Of a stretch of 24,000 nt of DNA, positions 14,477-22,323 are shown piece by piece. Where the stretch lies: NCBI GenBank assembly GCA_963798745.1, contig CAWCUF010000007.1:85496-109495 (forward strand), written 5' to 3'. The stretch comes from an uncultured Actinomycetes bacterium. GTDB lineage: Bacteria; Actinomycetota; Actinomycetes; S36-B12; CAIYMF01. The translations under genes and the position numbers were made by a program. The notes beneath the pieces were generated by a model. It was not told where the DNA came from. It saw only the letters and a list, made by a program, of their open reading frames with translations, and made no database searches. The number at the start of each line of letters is the position of its first letter. Within the stretch, counting starts at the first letter, position 1.

Positions 14477-15694
14477 ATGCGTCCGGTCCCTGCCCCCGCT
14501 GCACCGATCATCGCCGGGGTGCTGACCCTGGCTCTGGTCGGCTGCGCCGGCGCGCCGGAGGCCGAACCGGGCTCACCGCCGGTGAGCCAGGCGCCCGCCG
14601 CCTCGCGTGCACCCACGCCGACCGAGACCGTCGACCCGATCGCCGCCTGCGTCGCACGGCTGCCGCTGGACGTGCGGATCGGTCAGACCATGCTGGTGAC
14701 CACCACCGACCTGCCGCGGGTGCAGCCCTGGCTCGAGGACGGCCTGATCGCCGGGGTCCTGTCCAACGGGCGCCTGACCGCTGACACGGCCGGGGCCCTG
14801 GAGGTGGCCACCTCCGGAACCCGCTACGGCGCTCTGCTGGCCGCCGACGAGGAGGGCGGTCCGGTCTCGCGCTACGCCGACGTGATCGGTGCGATCCCCT
14901 CGGCCCAGAGCCAGGCCATGACGATGACCCCCGACCAGGTGCGTGCGATGTACGCCCGGCACGGCCAGGCGCTGGCGGACTGGGGCGTGGACCTGGTGTT
15001 CGCCCCCGTGGTGGACGTCGGCCACGGGCCCGGCGTCGGCCCGCGGGCCTACTCCACCGATCCCGCGGTGGTCACCGAGTTCGGCACCGCCGCCGCGCAG
15101 GGCTACGCGCAGGCCGGTCTGCTGCCGGTGCTCAAGCACTTCCCCGGCCAGGGCGGCGCCACCGCGGACACGCACTACGAGCTCGCGGTCGGCCCGCCGA
15201 TCGACGAGCTCCGCGAGGTCGACCTGGTGCCCTTCGCCGAGATCCCCGGCGAGGTCGACGGTGGTGTCGGCGTGATGGTCGGCCACACCACGATCCCGGG
15301 CTACTCGGACACGCCGGCCAGTCAGTCGCGGGACACGATCGCTGGCCTGCTGGTCGACGAGTTGGGCTTCGACGGTCTGATCGTCAGCGACGCGCTGGGC
15401 ATGGCCGCCTCCGGCGAGCCCACCCAGGGTGGCGCCCTGGTCGGCTTCGTCGCCGCCGGTGGGGACCTCGGGATCGTCGGCCCCGGCGGCTCCCAGGAGG
15501 GCCGCCGCGCGCTGCGCAGGGCCATCAAGGACGGGACCGTGAGCCAGGACCGCCTCAACGACGCGGCGGCCACGGTGCTGGCCGTCAAGGGCGTCGACCC
15601 GTGCGTGGTCGCCGGGCAGCCCGCGCCTGAGGTCGCCGACGAGACTGACGGGCCCACCGACGACCCGGTCATCAACCCCACGGAGGAACCGTGA
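14477..15694 (+). CDS. glycoside hydrolase family 3 (NagZ-like beta-N-acetylhexosaminidase) lipoprotein
   Basis: The signal peptide has a lipobox: MRPVPAPAAPIIAGVLTLALVGC. GH3 motifs present are LAADEEGG, KHFPGQGGATADTH and GFDGLIVSDALGM. The track ORF start at 14162 overlaps yegP out of frame and is rejected. Confidence 0.85.
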   Translation: MRPVPAPAAPIIAGVLTLALVGCAGAPEAEPGSPPVSQAPAASRAPTPTETVDPIAACVARLPLDVRIGQTMLVTTTDLPRVQPWLEDGLIAGVLSNGRLTADTAGALEVATSGTRYGALLAADEEGGPVSRYADVIGAIPSAQSQAMTMTPDQVRAMYARHGQALADWGVDLVFAPVVDVGHGPGVGPRAYSTDPAVVTEFGTAAAQGYAQAGLLPVLKHFPGQGGATADTHYELAVGPPIDELREVDLVPFAEIPGEVDGGVGVMVGHTTIPGYSDTPASQSRDTIAGLLVDELGFDGLIVSDALGMAASGEPTQGGALVGFVAAGGDLGIVGPGGSQEGRRALRRAIKDGTVSQDRLNDAAATVLAVKGVDPCVVAGQPAPEVADETDGPTDDPVINPTEEP

Positions 15695-17292
15695 GCAGAC
15701 CTCTCCACCTACGCCTGACGGCGACGCTCGCAGGCATCCTGGCGGTGGCCGCGTGCACCTCGTCGGACGGTGGCGCTGGGGCTGCCGGGTCCGACACGCC
15801 GGACACCACACCGGCCGCGCGGGCCGTCGCACCGGTCAGCTCCCTCGTGCTGGACGCACGCGATGGTGCCGCGCTGTCGATCCAGGCCAGTGCGGCGGTG
15901 TGGCAGACCAGCCCCGTCGCGGTCACCGTCAGCGATCCGGCCTCGATCGAGCCGGCCGCCATCGAGGCGGTCGACCTCGGTGTCCCGGTCCTCATGCTGC
16001 CCGACCCCGCGAGCCCGGCAGCCGCGAGCCCGGCGAGCGCCAGTCCTGCGACAGCGCGCCCGGAGGCCGTCGCGGACCCGGCGAGCGCCAGTCCCGACGC
16101 CTCCGCCGCGGACCCGCTGGCCCCGGTGGCCGCCGAGTTGTCCCGGCTGGGAGCAACCACTGTGCTGCACATCGGGCCTGACCCGCCCGACCTCCCCGGT
16201 GTCGAGGTGGTCGGTTCCGTCGGCGACCTGCCCGAGTTCGAGGCAACCAGCCCCGTCGAGAACGTGGCCAGCCTGGTGGAGGCCGATTCCTCGAGCCGGG
16301 ACGACCAGGCTGCCGCGCTGGCGACCCTGCAGGCCGCCGGGGCGAGCGCGATCGAGGTCGGTGACCCCGACCCCCGCGTCCGGCCCGCCGACATCGAAGC
16401 CCTCGCCGAAGCCGACCCAGCGGTGGCCATCGGCGTGGGCGCCGACTTCGGGTCCGACGACGAGTTCGGCCAGCGGGTGGCGGTGGCCAGCACCGGCGTG
16501 CAACTGCCCGGCGGTGGGCAGACCGTATTCGACGACAAGCGCTACGTGGCGCTCTATGGCCACCCGCTGACCGGCGCGCTCGGCGTGCTGGGGGAACAGG
16601 GGCCTGAGAGCTCGGTCGCCCGAGCCCGCAAGGTCGCCGCACCGTACGCCGACCTGACCGACGACACGATCGTGCCTGCGTTCGAGATCATCGCCACGGT
16701 GGCCGCGGGCGCCCCGGGCAAGGACGGCAACTACTCCAACGAATGGGATGTCGAAGTCCTGCGCCCGCTCGTGGACGCGGCCGCGGAGGCCGGGATCTAC
16801 GTCGTGCTGGACCTGCAGTCGGGCAAGTCGGACTTCCTGAGCCAGGCGCGCGACTACGAGGAACTGCTGCTCGAGCCACATGTCGGCCTGGCCCTTGATC
16901 CGGAGTGGCGGTTGTACGGCACGCAGAAGCCGCTGGTCCAGATCGGCAGCGTCAGCGCCGCGGAGATCAACGAGACCCTCGACTGGCTGGCCGGGCTGAC
17001 CGCCGAGGCGGACCTGCCCCAGAAGATGGTGCTGCTCCACCAGTTCCGCACCGACATGATCACCGACCGCGCCGACCTCGACCTGAGCCACGACGAGTTG
17101 GCCGTGATCGTGCAGATGGACGGCGACGGCACGATGGGGCAGAAGCTCGACACCTGGGCAGCACTGCGCGCCAACGCGCCCAAGGCGCTGCGATTCGGGT
17201 GGAAGAACTTCTACGACGAGGACGAACCCACGCCCAACGCGCGGACCACCTTCGGTGTCGACCCGCGACCCTGGTGGGTGTCCTACCAGTAG
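15691..17292 (+). CDS. lipoprotein with repeat-like N-terminal half and conserved uncharacterised C-terminal domain
   Basis: GTG 15691 overlaps the GH3 stop (GTGA), with GGAGGA upstream. The lipobox is LAGILAVAAC. There is an Ala/Pro/Ser linker. The C-terminal region IYVVLDLQSGKSDFL...VGLALDPEWR...GWKNFYDEDEP looks like a conserved actinobacterial domain that I cannot name. Confidence 0.75.
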   Translation: MSRPLHLRLTATLAGILAVAACTSSDGGAGAAGSDTPDTTPAARAVAPVSSLVLDARDGAALSIQASAAVWQTSPVAVTVSDPASIEPAAIEAVDLGVPVLMLPDPASPAAASPASASPATARPEAVADPASASPDASAADPLAPVAAELSRLGATTVLHIGPDPPDLPGVEVVGSVGDLPEFEATSPVENVASLVEADSSSRDDQAAALATLQAAGASAIEVGDPDPRVRPADIEALAEADPAVAIGVGADFGSDDEFGQRVAVASTGVQLPGGGQTVFDDKRYVALYGHPLTGALGVLGEQGPESSVARARKVAAPYADLTDDTIVPAFEIIATVAAGAPGKDGNYSNEWDVEVLRPLVDAAAEAGIYVVLDLQSGKSDFLSQARDYEELLLEPHVGLALDPEWRLYGTQKPLVQIGSVSAAEINETLDWLAGLTAEADLPQKMVLLHQFRTDMITDRADLDLSHDELAVIVQMDGDGTMGQKLDTWAALRANAPKALRFGWKNFYDEDEPTPNARTTFGVDPRPWWVSYQ

Positions 17293-17359
17293 CCCTCGGG
17301 CGCGCGGGGCACACGTCCATCCGACGTTTGCCCAGCGCAGTTCGGGGCAGAATGCGTGC

Positions 17360-18624
17360 GTGACCGTGCCCACCCACGTCCGCCGGCGCTGGCTGCGACC
17401 GGGCGCACTGACGCCCGAGCCGGCCCGACTGTCCGACCGGCGCTACCGGCTGACCTGGTGGCTGGGCACCCGCGCGCTGGTCGGGTTGGTCGCGCTGGCC
17501 ATGATGTTCCACCACGACTGGAAGCACATCTTCGACGACCTCAACGTGTACTCCGACTGGGGTCAACTCATGGCGTCGGGCCAGGTCCCGGTCGACGACC
17601 CGATGTGGCAGTACCCGCCCCTGGCCGCGTTCGTGTTCGGCGGGATCGGGCTGATCGGGGCCCAGCCCTGGCTGTTCGCGGTGCTGTTCGTCGCTGTCGA
17701 CATCGCGATCAGTAGGCTGCTGGCCCGCGACGCCCACTCCCGGGGCCGCTGGGACGGCTACGCTCTCTGGTTGTTCGCACCGCTGCTGATCGGTCCGATC
17801 CTCTACGGCCGCTACGACGTCATCCCCACCCTCGCGGCGATGGGCGGTCTGCTCGCTCTGGCCGTCCCCCTGGCGGCTGGGGCATCCTGGCCGTCGGCGG
17901 GGCCCTGAAGGTCTGGCCGGCGATCATGGCCCTGGCGCTGAGCCAACGGGTCTGGCTTCGCGGCGCGGTCGGTGCCGTGCTGACCACCGTGGTGGTCCTG
18001 GTGACTGCGGCCTGGGCGTTCCCGGGCGTGGGCAGCAGCTTCCTGGGCAACGGTGAGGCGCGCGGCCTGCAGACCGAGTCGGTGGCCGCGTTGCCCTTCG
18101 TCTGGGCGCGCCTGTTCGTCGGGCACGACATCCCCGAGGCGTTCCGGTACGGATCCTCGGAGGTGGGAGTGCCGCTTGCCGACGCGATCGCCCCCTGGCT
18201 GATCCCGCTGACCGCGGTGGGCCTGCTGGTGCTGATCGCCGCCCGCGCGCTGGGTCGGCTGGACCACGCCCCCGCGGCAGACATCGCGTTCGTGGCCATC
18301 CTGTGGCTGATGGTCACCTCCCGGGTGCTGTCCCCGCAGTACAACGTGTGGTTGGTCGGGATGCTGGCCCTGGTATGGGCCGCGGGCTCGCCGGGGATGC
18401 GCCGGGCGGTCGTCCCCGTTGCCATCACCTCGTTGGCCGCGCAGGCGCTGTACCCGTTCTCCTACATCGACATCATCGATGGGGGGTTCATCGGCATCGC
18501 CGTGCAGACCGCGCGGATCGTGGCCCTGGTCTGGGCACTGGTCCTGGCGGTGCGCGCCCTGCGTCCGGCGCCCTCGAGCGCCCCGGCGCAGCTCGCGCCA
18601 GGGATCCTGCCCCGGGCCGGCTGA
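17360..18624 (+). pseudogene. GT87/DUF2029-family (polyprenol-phosphate-mannose-type) glycosyltransferase, split by a 1-nt frameshift
   Basis: The N-terminal part (to stop 17908) carries FDDLNVY...WQYPPLAAFVF. From about 17881 the sequence GILAVGGALKVWPAIMALAL continues in another frame to 18624. One extra G in the run 17879-17882 would restore a single ORF of about 421 aa. Confidence 0.75.
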
Positions 18625-18662
18625 CGCCCTGGCGGACCGCCCGCCCGGCGACGCGCTCGTGG

Positions 18663-18688
18663 CGGTGCCGACGTGCCGCCCGGCACCG
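18663..18688 (+). terminator. 8-bp GC hairpin after the GT87 gene (weak terminator candidate)
   Basis: CGGTGCCG (18663-18670) pairs with CGGCACCG (18681-18688) around a 10-nt loop, followed by GGTATCTTCGG. The TATCTT could instead be a -10 element for the downstream transporter operon. Confidence 0.25.
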
Positions 18689-18730
18689 GGTATCTTCGGG
18701 GCCAGCGACCGCACCCCCTTGGAGGACCCC

Positions 18731-19612
18731 GTGACCCGCACGCGCATGCTCGCCGCCCTGGCCGCGACCGGACTGGCCGTGACCGGACTGGGCCTGACCG
18801 GCTGCTCCCCGTCGGAGGACTCCGCAGGTGATGCGGCTGACGGTCCCTCGGCCAGCGCCACCTGCGACAAGGCCAGCCTGGCGACCAGGACGCCCGGCAC
18901 CCTGGTCGTGGCCACCGGACAGCCCGCCTACGAGCCGTGGGCCGTCGATGACGCCCCGGAGTCCGGTGAGGGCTTCGAGCCGGCCGTCGCCTACGCCGCG
19001 GCAGCGAAGTTGGGCTACGCCCCGTCCGACGTGCAGTGGGTGAGGACCACCTTCGACGGCGCGATCGCCCCGGGGGCCAAGGACTTCGACTGGAACCTGC
19101 AGCAGTTCTCGATCACTGACGACCGGGAGAAGGCCGTGGACTTCTCCTCCTCCTACTACGACGTCAACCAGGCGATCGTGGCCGACAAGGAGTCCTCGAT
19201 CGCCGGGGCCGAGTCCCTGGCCGACCTCGCCGAGGCCCAGCTCGGTGCGGCCATCGGGTCCACCTCGCTGGAGTCGGCCCAGGCCCTGGCCACCGGCCAG
19301 GAGGTGCGGGTCTACAACGACAACGCCGCGGCGGTCAGCGCGCTGAAGAACAGCCAGATCGACGGCCTCGTCGTGGACCTCCCGACTGCCTTCTACCTGG
19401 TCAACGCCGAGATCGAGGACGGGGTCCTCGTCGGCCAACTGCCCGGCGCAGAAGGCAGCCCCACCGACCAGTTCGGGATCCTGCTGGCCAACAACAGTCC
19501 GCTGACCGCGTGCACGACCCAGGCTGTGGACATGCTGCGCGCCGACGGCACGCTGGCCACGCTGCAGGAGCAGTGGCTGGGCAGCGACGCGGGCGCGCCC
19601 ACGCTCGAGTAG
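18731..19612 (+). CDS. polar amino-acid ABC transporter substrate-binding lipoprotein (SBP family 3)
   Basis: GGAGGA lies 4 nt upstream of GTG 18731. The lipobox is LAVTGLGLTGC. Family-3 pattern elements are LVVATGQPAYEPW and FSITDDREKAVDFSSSYY. Confidence 0.85.
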   Translation: MTRTRMLAALAATGLAVTGLGLTGCSPSEDSAGDAADGPSASATCDKASLATRTPGTLVVATGQPAYEPWAVDDAPESGEGFEPAVAYAAAAKLGYAPSDVQWVRTTFDGAIAPGAKDFDWNLQQFSITDDREKAVDFSSSYYDVNQAIVADKESSIAGAESLADLAEAQLGAAIGSTSLESAQALATGQEVRVYNDNAAAVSALKNSQIDGLVVDLPTAFYLVNAEIEDGVLVGQLPGAEGSPTDQFGILLANNSPLTACTTQAVDMLRADGTLATLQEQWLGSDAGAPTLE

Positions 19613-19619
19613 TGCCCCG

Positions 19620-20484
19620 GTGAGCCAACCAGGCGGCCTTCGCACGCCCAGCGCCGAGGAGCTGCGTCGGCGTGGCGTGCGCCAACGGCAGTCGCGGCGC
19701 CGGATGGGGATCGCCGCCGCGTCGACGATCGTGGTGCTCGGGGCCCTGGTCGCGATCGTCGTGCGCTCGCCGGGCTGGCCGGTCGTGCGGGCCACGTTCT
19801 TCGATGTTGAGCTATGCCGTGGACGTGCTGCCCGCGGTCGCCACGGGCCTGCTGCTCAACATCCGGCTGACCCTGATCGGCTCCGTGCTGATCGCCGTCC
19901 TGGGCCTGGCACTCGCGCTGGCGCGAACGTCGAACTCGCCCGCGTTGGCGCCGTTCCGAATCTTGGCCACCGGCTACGTCGACCTGTTCCGCGGCGTGCC
20001 GACCCTGCTGGTCATCCTGCTCGTGGGGTTCGGCGTGCCGGCGCTGGGCCTGTCGGGGATGACCTCGTCGGTGGTGATCCTGGGTACCACCGCGATCGTG
20101 CTGGTCTACGCGGCCTATGTGGCCGAGGTGCTGCGCAGCGGGATCCTCTCGGTGCACCCCAGCCAGGTCGCCGCGGCTCGCTCGCTGGGCCTGACCTCGG
20201 GCCAGGCGCTTCGCTACGTGGTGCTGCCCCAGGGCATCCGCCGGGTCGTGCCGCCGCTGCTCAACGACTTCGTGTCCCTGCTCAAGGACACCGGCCTGAT
20301 CTCGGTGCTGGGCGTGATCGATGCGATCCGGGCCGCGCAGATCGAGTCCTCGCGGACGTTCAACTACACGCCCTACGTGGTGGCCGCCGTGCTGTTCCTG
20401 CTCATCACGGTGCCGCTGACCCGGGTCACCGACCGGTTCGTGCACCGCGCGATCGAGCGGCAGAACTCCCAGGTGGGCGGATGA
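19620..20484 (+). CDS. amino-acid ABC transporter permease with apparent +1 frameshift near 19812 (alternative intact start ATG 19804)
   Basis: The body, in the 19804 frame, reads LPAVATGLLLNIRLTLIGS...YVDLFRGVPTLLVILLVGFG... and is a HisM/GlnP-type permease. Codons 19620-19811 in another frame have high third-position G+C and encode a TM helix plus PGWPVVRATFFDVE, typical of the N-terminal extension of actinobacterial homologs. Confidence 0.75.
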
Positions 20485-21242
20485 GCGACGACCGGGATCA
20501 GCCCCGGCTCGCAGTCCACGACGTGCACAAGTCGTTCGGCGCCGAGCACGTCCTGCGCGGGGTGTCCCTGGCGGTGCCCGAGCACACGGTCACGGTCCTG
20601 ATCGGTGCCAGCGGGTCGGGCAAGTCGACGCTGCTGCGCTGCATCAACCTGCTCGCGCCGGTCGACGACGGGGTGATCCGCCTCGATGGCTGGGACATCA
20701 CCGACCCGGAGATCGACCCCGACGACGTGCGCCGCCAGATCGGCATGGTGTTCCAGTCGTTCAACCTGTTCCCGCACCTGAGCGTGCTGGACAACATCAC
20801 GCTGGCCCCGCGCAAGGTCTACGGGACCAGCCGTACGCAGGCCGAGGAGAACGGCCGGGGCCTGCTCGAGCGGTTCGGCCTGGCCGACAAGGCCGCCCAG
20901 TACCCCGACCGACTGTCCGGTGGCCAGCAGCAGCGGGTGGCGATCGTGCGGTCGCTGGCGGCCTCGCCGCGGCTGATGCTCATGGACGAGGTCACCTCCG
21001 CGCTGGATCCGGTGCTGGTCAACGACGTCCTGATGACCGTGCGCGAGCTCAAGGCCGAGGGCATGACGATGGTCATCGCCACCCATGAGATGGGCTTCGC
21101 CGAGCAGGTCGCCGACGAGGTCTGCTTCCTGTCGGCCGGGACGATCGTGGAGCGAGGCACCCCGGCGGCACTGCTACACGACCCGCAGGACCGGCGCACC
21201 CAGGACTTCCTGCGCCGCGTGCACGAGGCCGGCCGACTGTAG
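20481..21242 (+). CDS. amino-acid ABC transporter ATP-binding protein (GlnQ-like)
   Basis: ATG 20481 overlaps the permease stop (ATGA). Motifs present are GASGSGKST, LSGGQQQRVAIVRSL, LMLMDEVTSALD and IATHEMGFA. Confidence 0.93.
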   Translation: MSDDRDQPRLAVHDVHKSFGAEHVLRGVSLAVPEHTVTVLIGASGSGKSTLLRCINLLAPVDDGVIRLDGWDITDPEIDPDDVRRQIGMVFQSFNLFPHLSVLDNITLAPRKVYGTSRTQAEENGRGLLERFGLADKAAQYPDRLSGGQQQRVAIVRSLAASPRLMLMDEVTSALDPVLVNDVLMTVRELKAEGMTMVIATHEMGFAEQVADEVCFLSAGTIVERGTPAALLHDPQDRRTQDFLRRVHEAGRL

Positions 21243-21338
21243 CGCGGCCCAGCACCTACCCCGGCACTCCCACCCTGTGCTTTCTCAGCCCGGCGCCCCC
21301 CGCCAGCCCCGGCCAGCGCGTCCCCGCCGCTGCCGAGG

Positions 21339-21420
21339 CGATCCATCCACGTTCGAGGTTCAGAACGCCCAGCACACATGGATGGATCGGGCGATGGCGC
21401 AGCGAACTTGGCGGGATTCC
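21339..21420 (-). repeat. composite hairpin repeat, copy B (mirror orientation of copy A)
   Basis: The reverse complement of 21401-21420 is GGAATCCCGCCAAGTTCGCT, matching copy A GAATCCCTCCAAGTTTGCT at 17/19 positions. An 11-bp perfect stem is formed by CGATCCATCCA (21339-21349) and TGGATGGATCG (21379-21389), with an inner stem CGTTC/GAACG. Confidence 0.75.
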
Positions 21421-21485
21421 GGACGGGGCGGGGTATGGGGCTGCCGGGGCGGTGCTCCATAGCGCGGAACTGCATCTCAGTCTGG

Positions 21486-21566
21486 ATACATCCGTATGTG
21501 TTGACATCCGTGGGTTTCAGGTGTTCACTAGGGTGAGACAGATGCAAACGGAGGAAAACGGATGTA
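21486..21566 (+). promoter_or_regulatory. fruR-fruK-fruA promoter/operator region
   Basis: A perfect TTGACA lies at 21501-21506. The 8-mer ACATCCGT occurs at 21488-21495 and 21504-21511, and its reverse complement ACGGATGT at 21558-21565 overlaps the RBS and start codon. The region is the most A/T-rich stretch of the window. Confidence 0.5.
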
Positions 21567-22323
21567 TGCGGAAGAGCGGCAGGCGGCGATCAGCGGTCGA
21601 GCGCGGACCGCTGGGCGGGTCGAGGTGCTCGACCTGGCGCAGACCTTCGGCGTCACTGCCGAGACCATCCGACGCGACCTGACCGTCCTGGAGCGCGCCG
21701 GCGTGCTGCGCCGTGTGCACGGCGGTGCGATCGCCACCGACCTGATCGGCTTCGAGCCCGCCCTCGCCGCGCGCGAGTCGGTGCTCACCGCCGAGAAGGC
21801 GAGCATCGGCCGGGCCGCGCTGGCCCTGCTGCCCGAGCAGGAGGGCGCGATCGCCCTGGACGCCGGGTCGACCACCTACCAACTGGCCACGCTGCTGCCC
21901 GACCGGGCGCTGACCGTGGTCACCAACAGCCTGCCGATCGCCTCCCTGCTGGCCGCCCGATCCACGCTCACGGTGCACCTGGTCGGCGGCCGGGTCCGTG
22001 GTCGGACCCTGGCCACGGTTGGGGTCGATGCAGTCGGGTACGTGAACCATGTGTATGTCGACGTGGCCTTCCTCGGGATCAACGGCTTCTCCCTGGAGCG
22101 TGGCCTGACCACACCCGACGCGACCGAGGCCGCCGTGAAGTCGGCGTTCGCCACCTCGGCACGCCGTCGGGTCCTGCTCGCCGACCACACCAAGTTCGGA
22201 TTCGACCACTTCGCGCACGTCGCCGACCTCGACCAGGTCGACGTGCTCGTCACGGATTCAGCCCTAGCTCAATCAAGTGTCGCCGCGATCGAGGCGGCCG
22301 GACCCCAGGTGGTGCTCGCATGA
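21562..22323 (+). CDS. fruR: DeoR-family transcriptional regulator of the fructose PTS operon (paralog 2)
   Basis: GGAGGA lies 6 nt upstream. The N-terminus is MYAEERQAAISGRARTAGRVEVLDLAQTFGVTAETIRRDLTVLERAGVLRRVHGGA. The stop overlaps the fruK start (ATGA). Confidence 0.88.
   Translation: MYAEERQAAISGRARTAGRVEVLDLAQTFGVTAETIRRDLTVLERAGVLRRVHGGAIATDLIGFEPALAARESVLTAEKASIGRAALALLPEQEGAIALDAGSTTYQLATLLPDRALTVVTNSLPIASLLAARSTLTVHLVGGRVRGRTLATVGVDAVGYVNHVYVDVAFLGINGFSLERGLTTPDATEAAVKSAFATSARRRVLLADHTKFGFDHFAHVADLDQVDVLVTDSALAQSSVAAIEAAGPQVVLA

Noticed and set aside
16029-16094. 18-nt exact direct repeat CCCGGCGAGCGCCAGTCC (16029-16046 and 16077-16094).
   Set aside because: It is in frame inside the lipoprotein gene, within an Ala/Pro/Ser linker (PASASP twice). 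This is an intragenic low-complexity duplication, not a regulatory or mobile element.
17315-17336. Possible fourth, single unit of the repeat family (GTCCATCCGACGTTTGCCCAGC) between the lipoprotein stop and the GT87 start.
   Set aside because: The match needs an indel and has no convincing inverted partner. It is too weak to call without a genome-wide model.
19620-21242. 540-aa ORF suggesting a single fused protein.
   Set aside because: Only its first about 64 codons (permease N-terminal extension) and its last 253 codons (ATPase from ATG 20481) are meaningful. The middle is an out-of-frame read-through of the permease body.
9595-21420. Inverted copies A and B as the boundaries of an 11.7-kb mobile or invertible segment.
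   Set aside because: There is no recombinase, integrase or transposase, no target-site duplication and no compositional break. The content is ordinary housekeeping and envelope genes. A related element at 4621-4711 argues for a dispersed repeat family instead.
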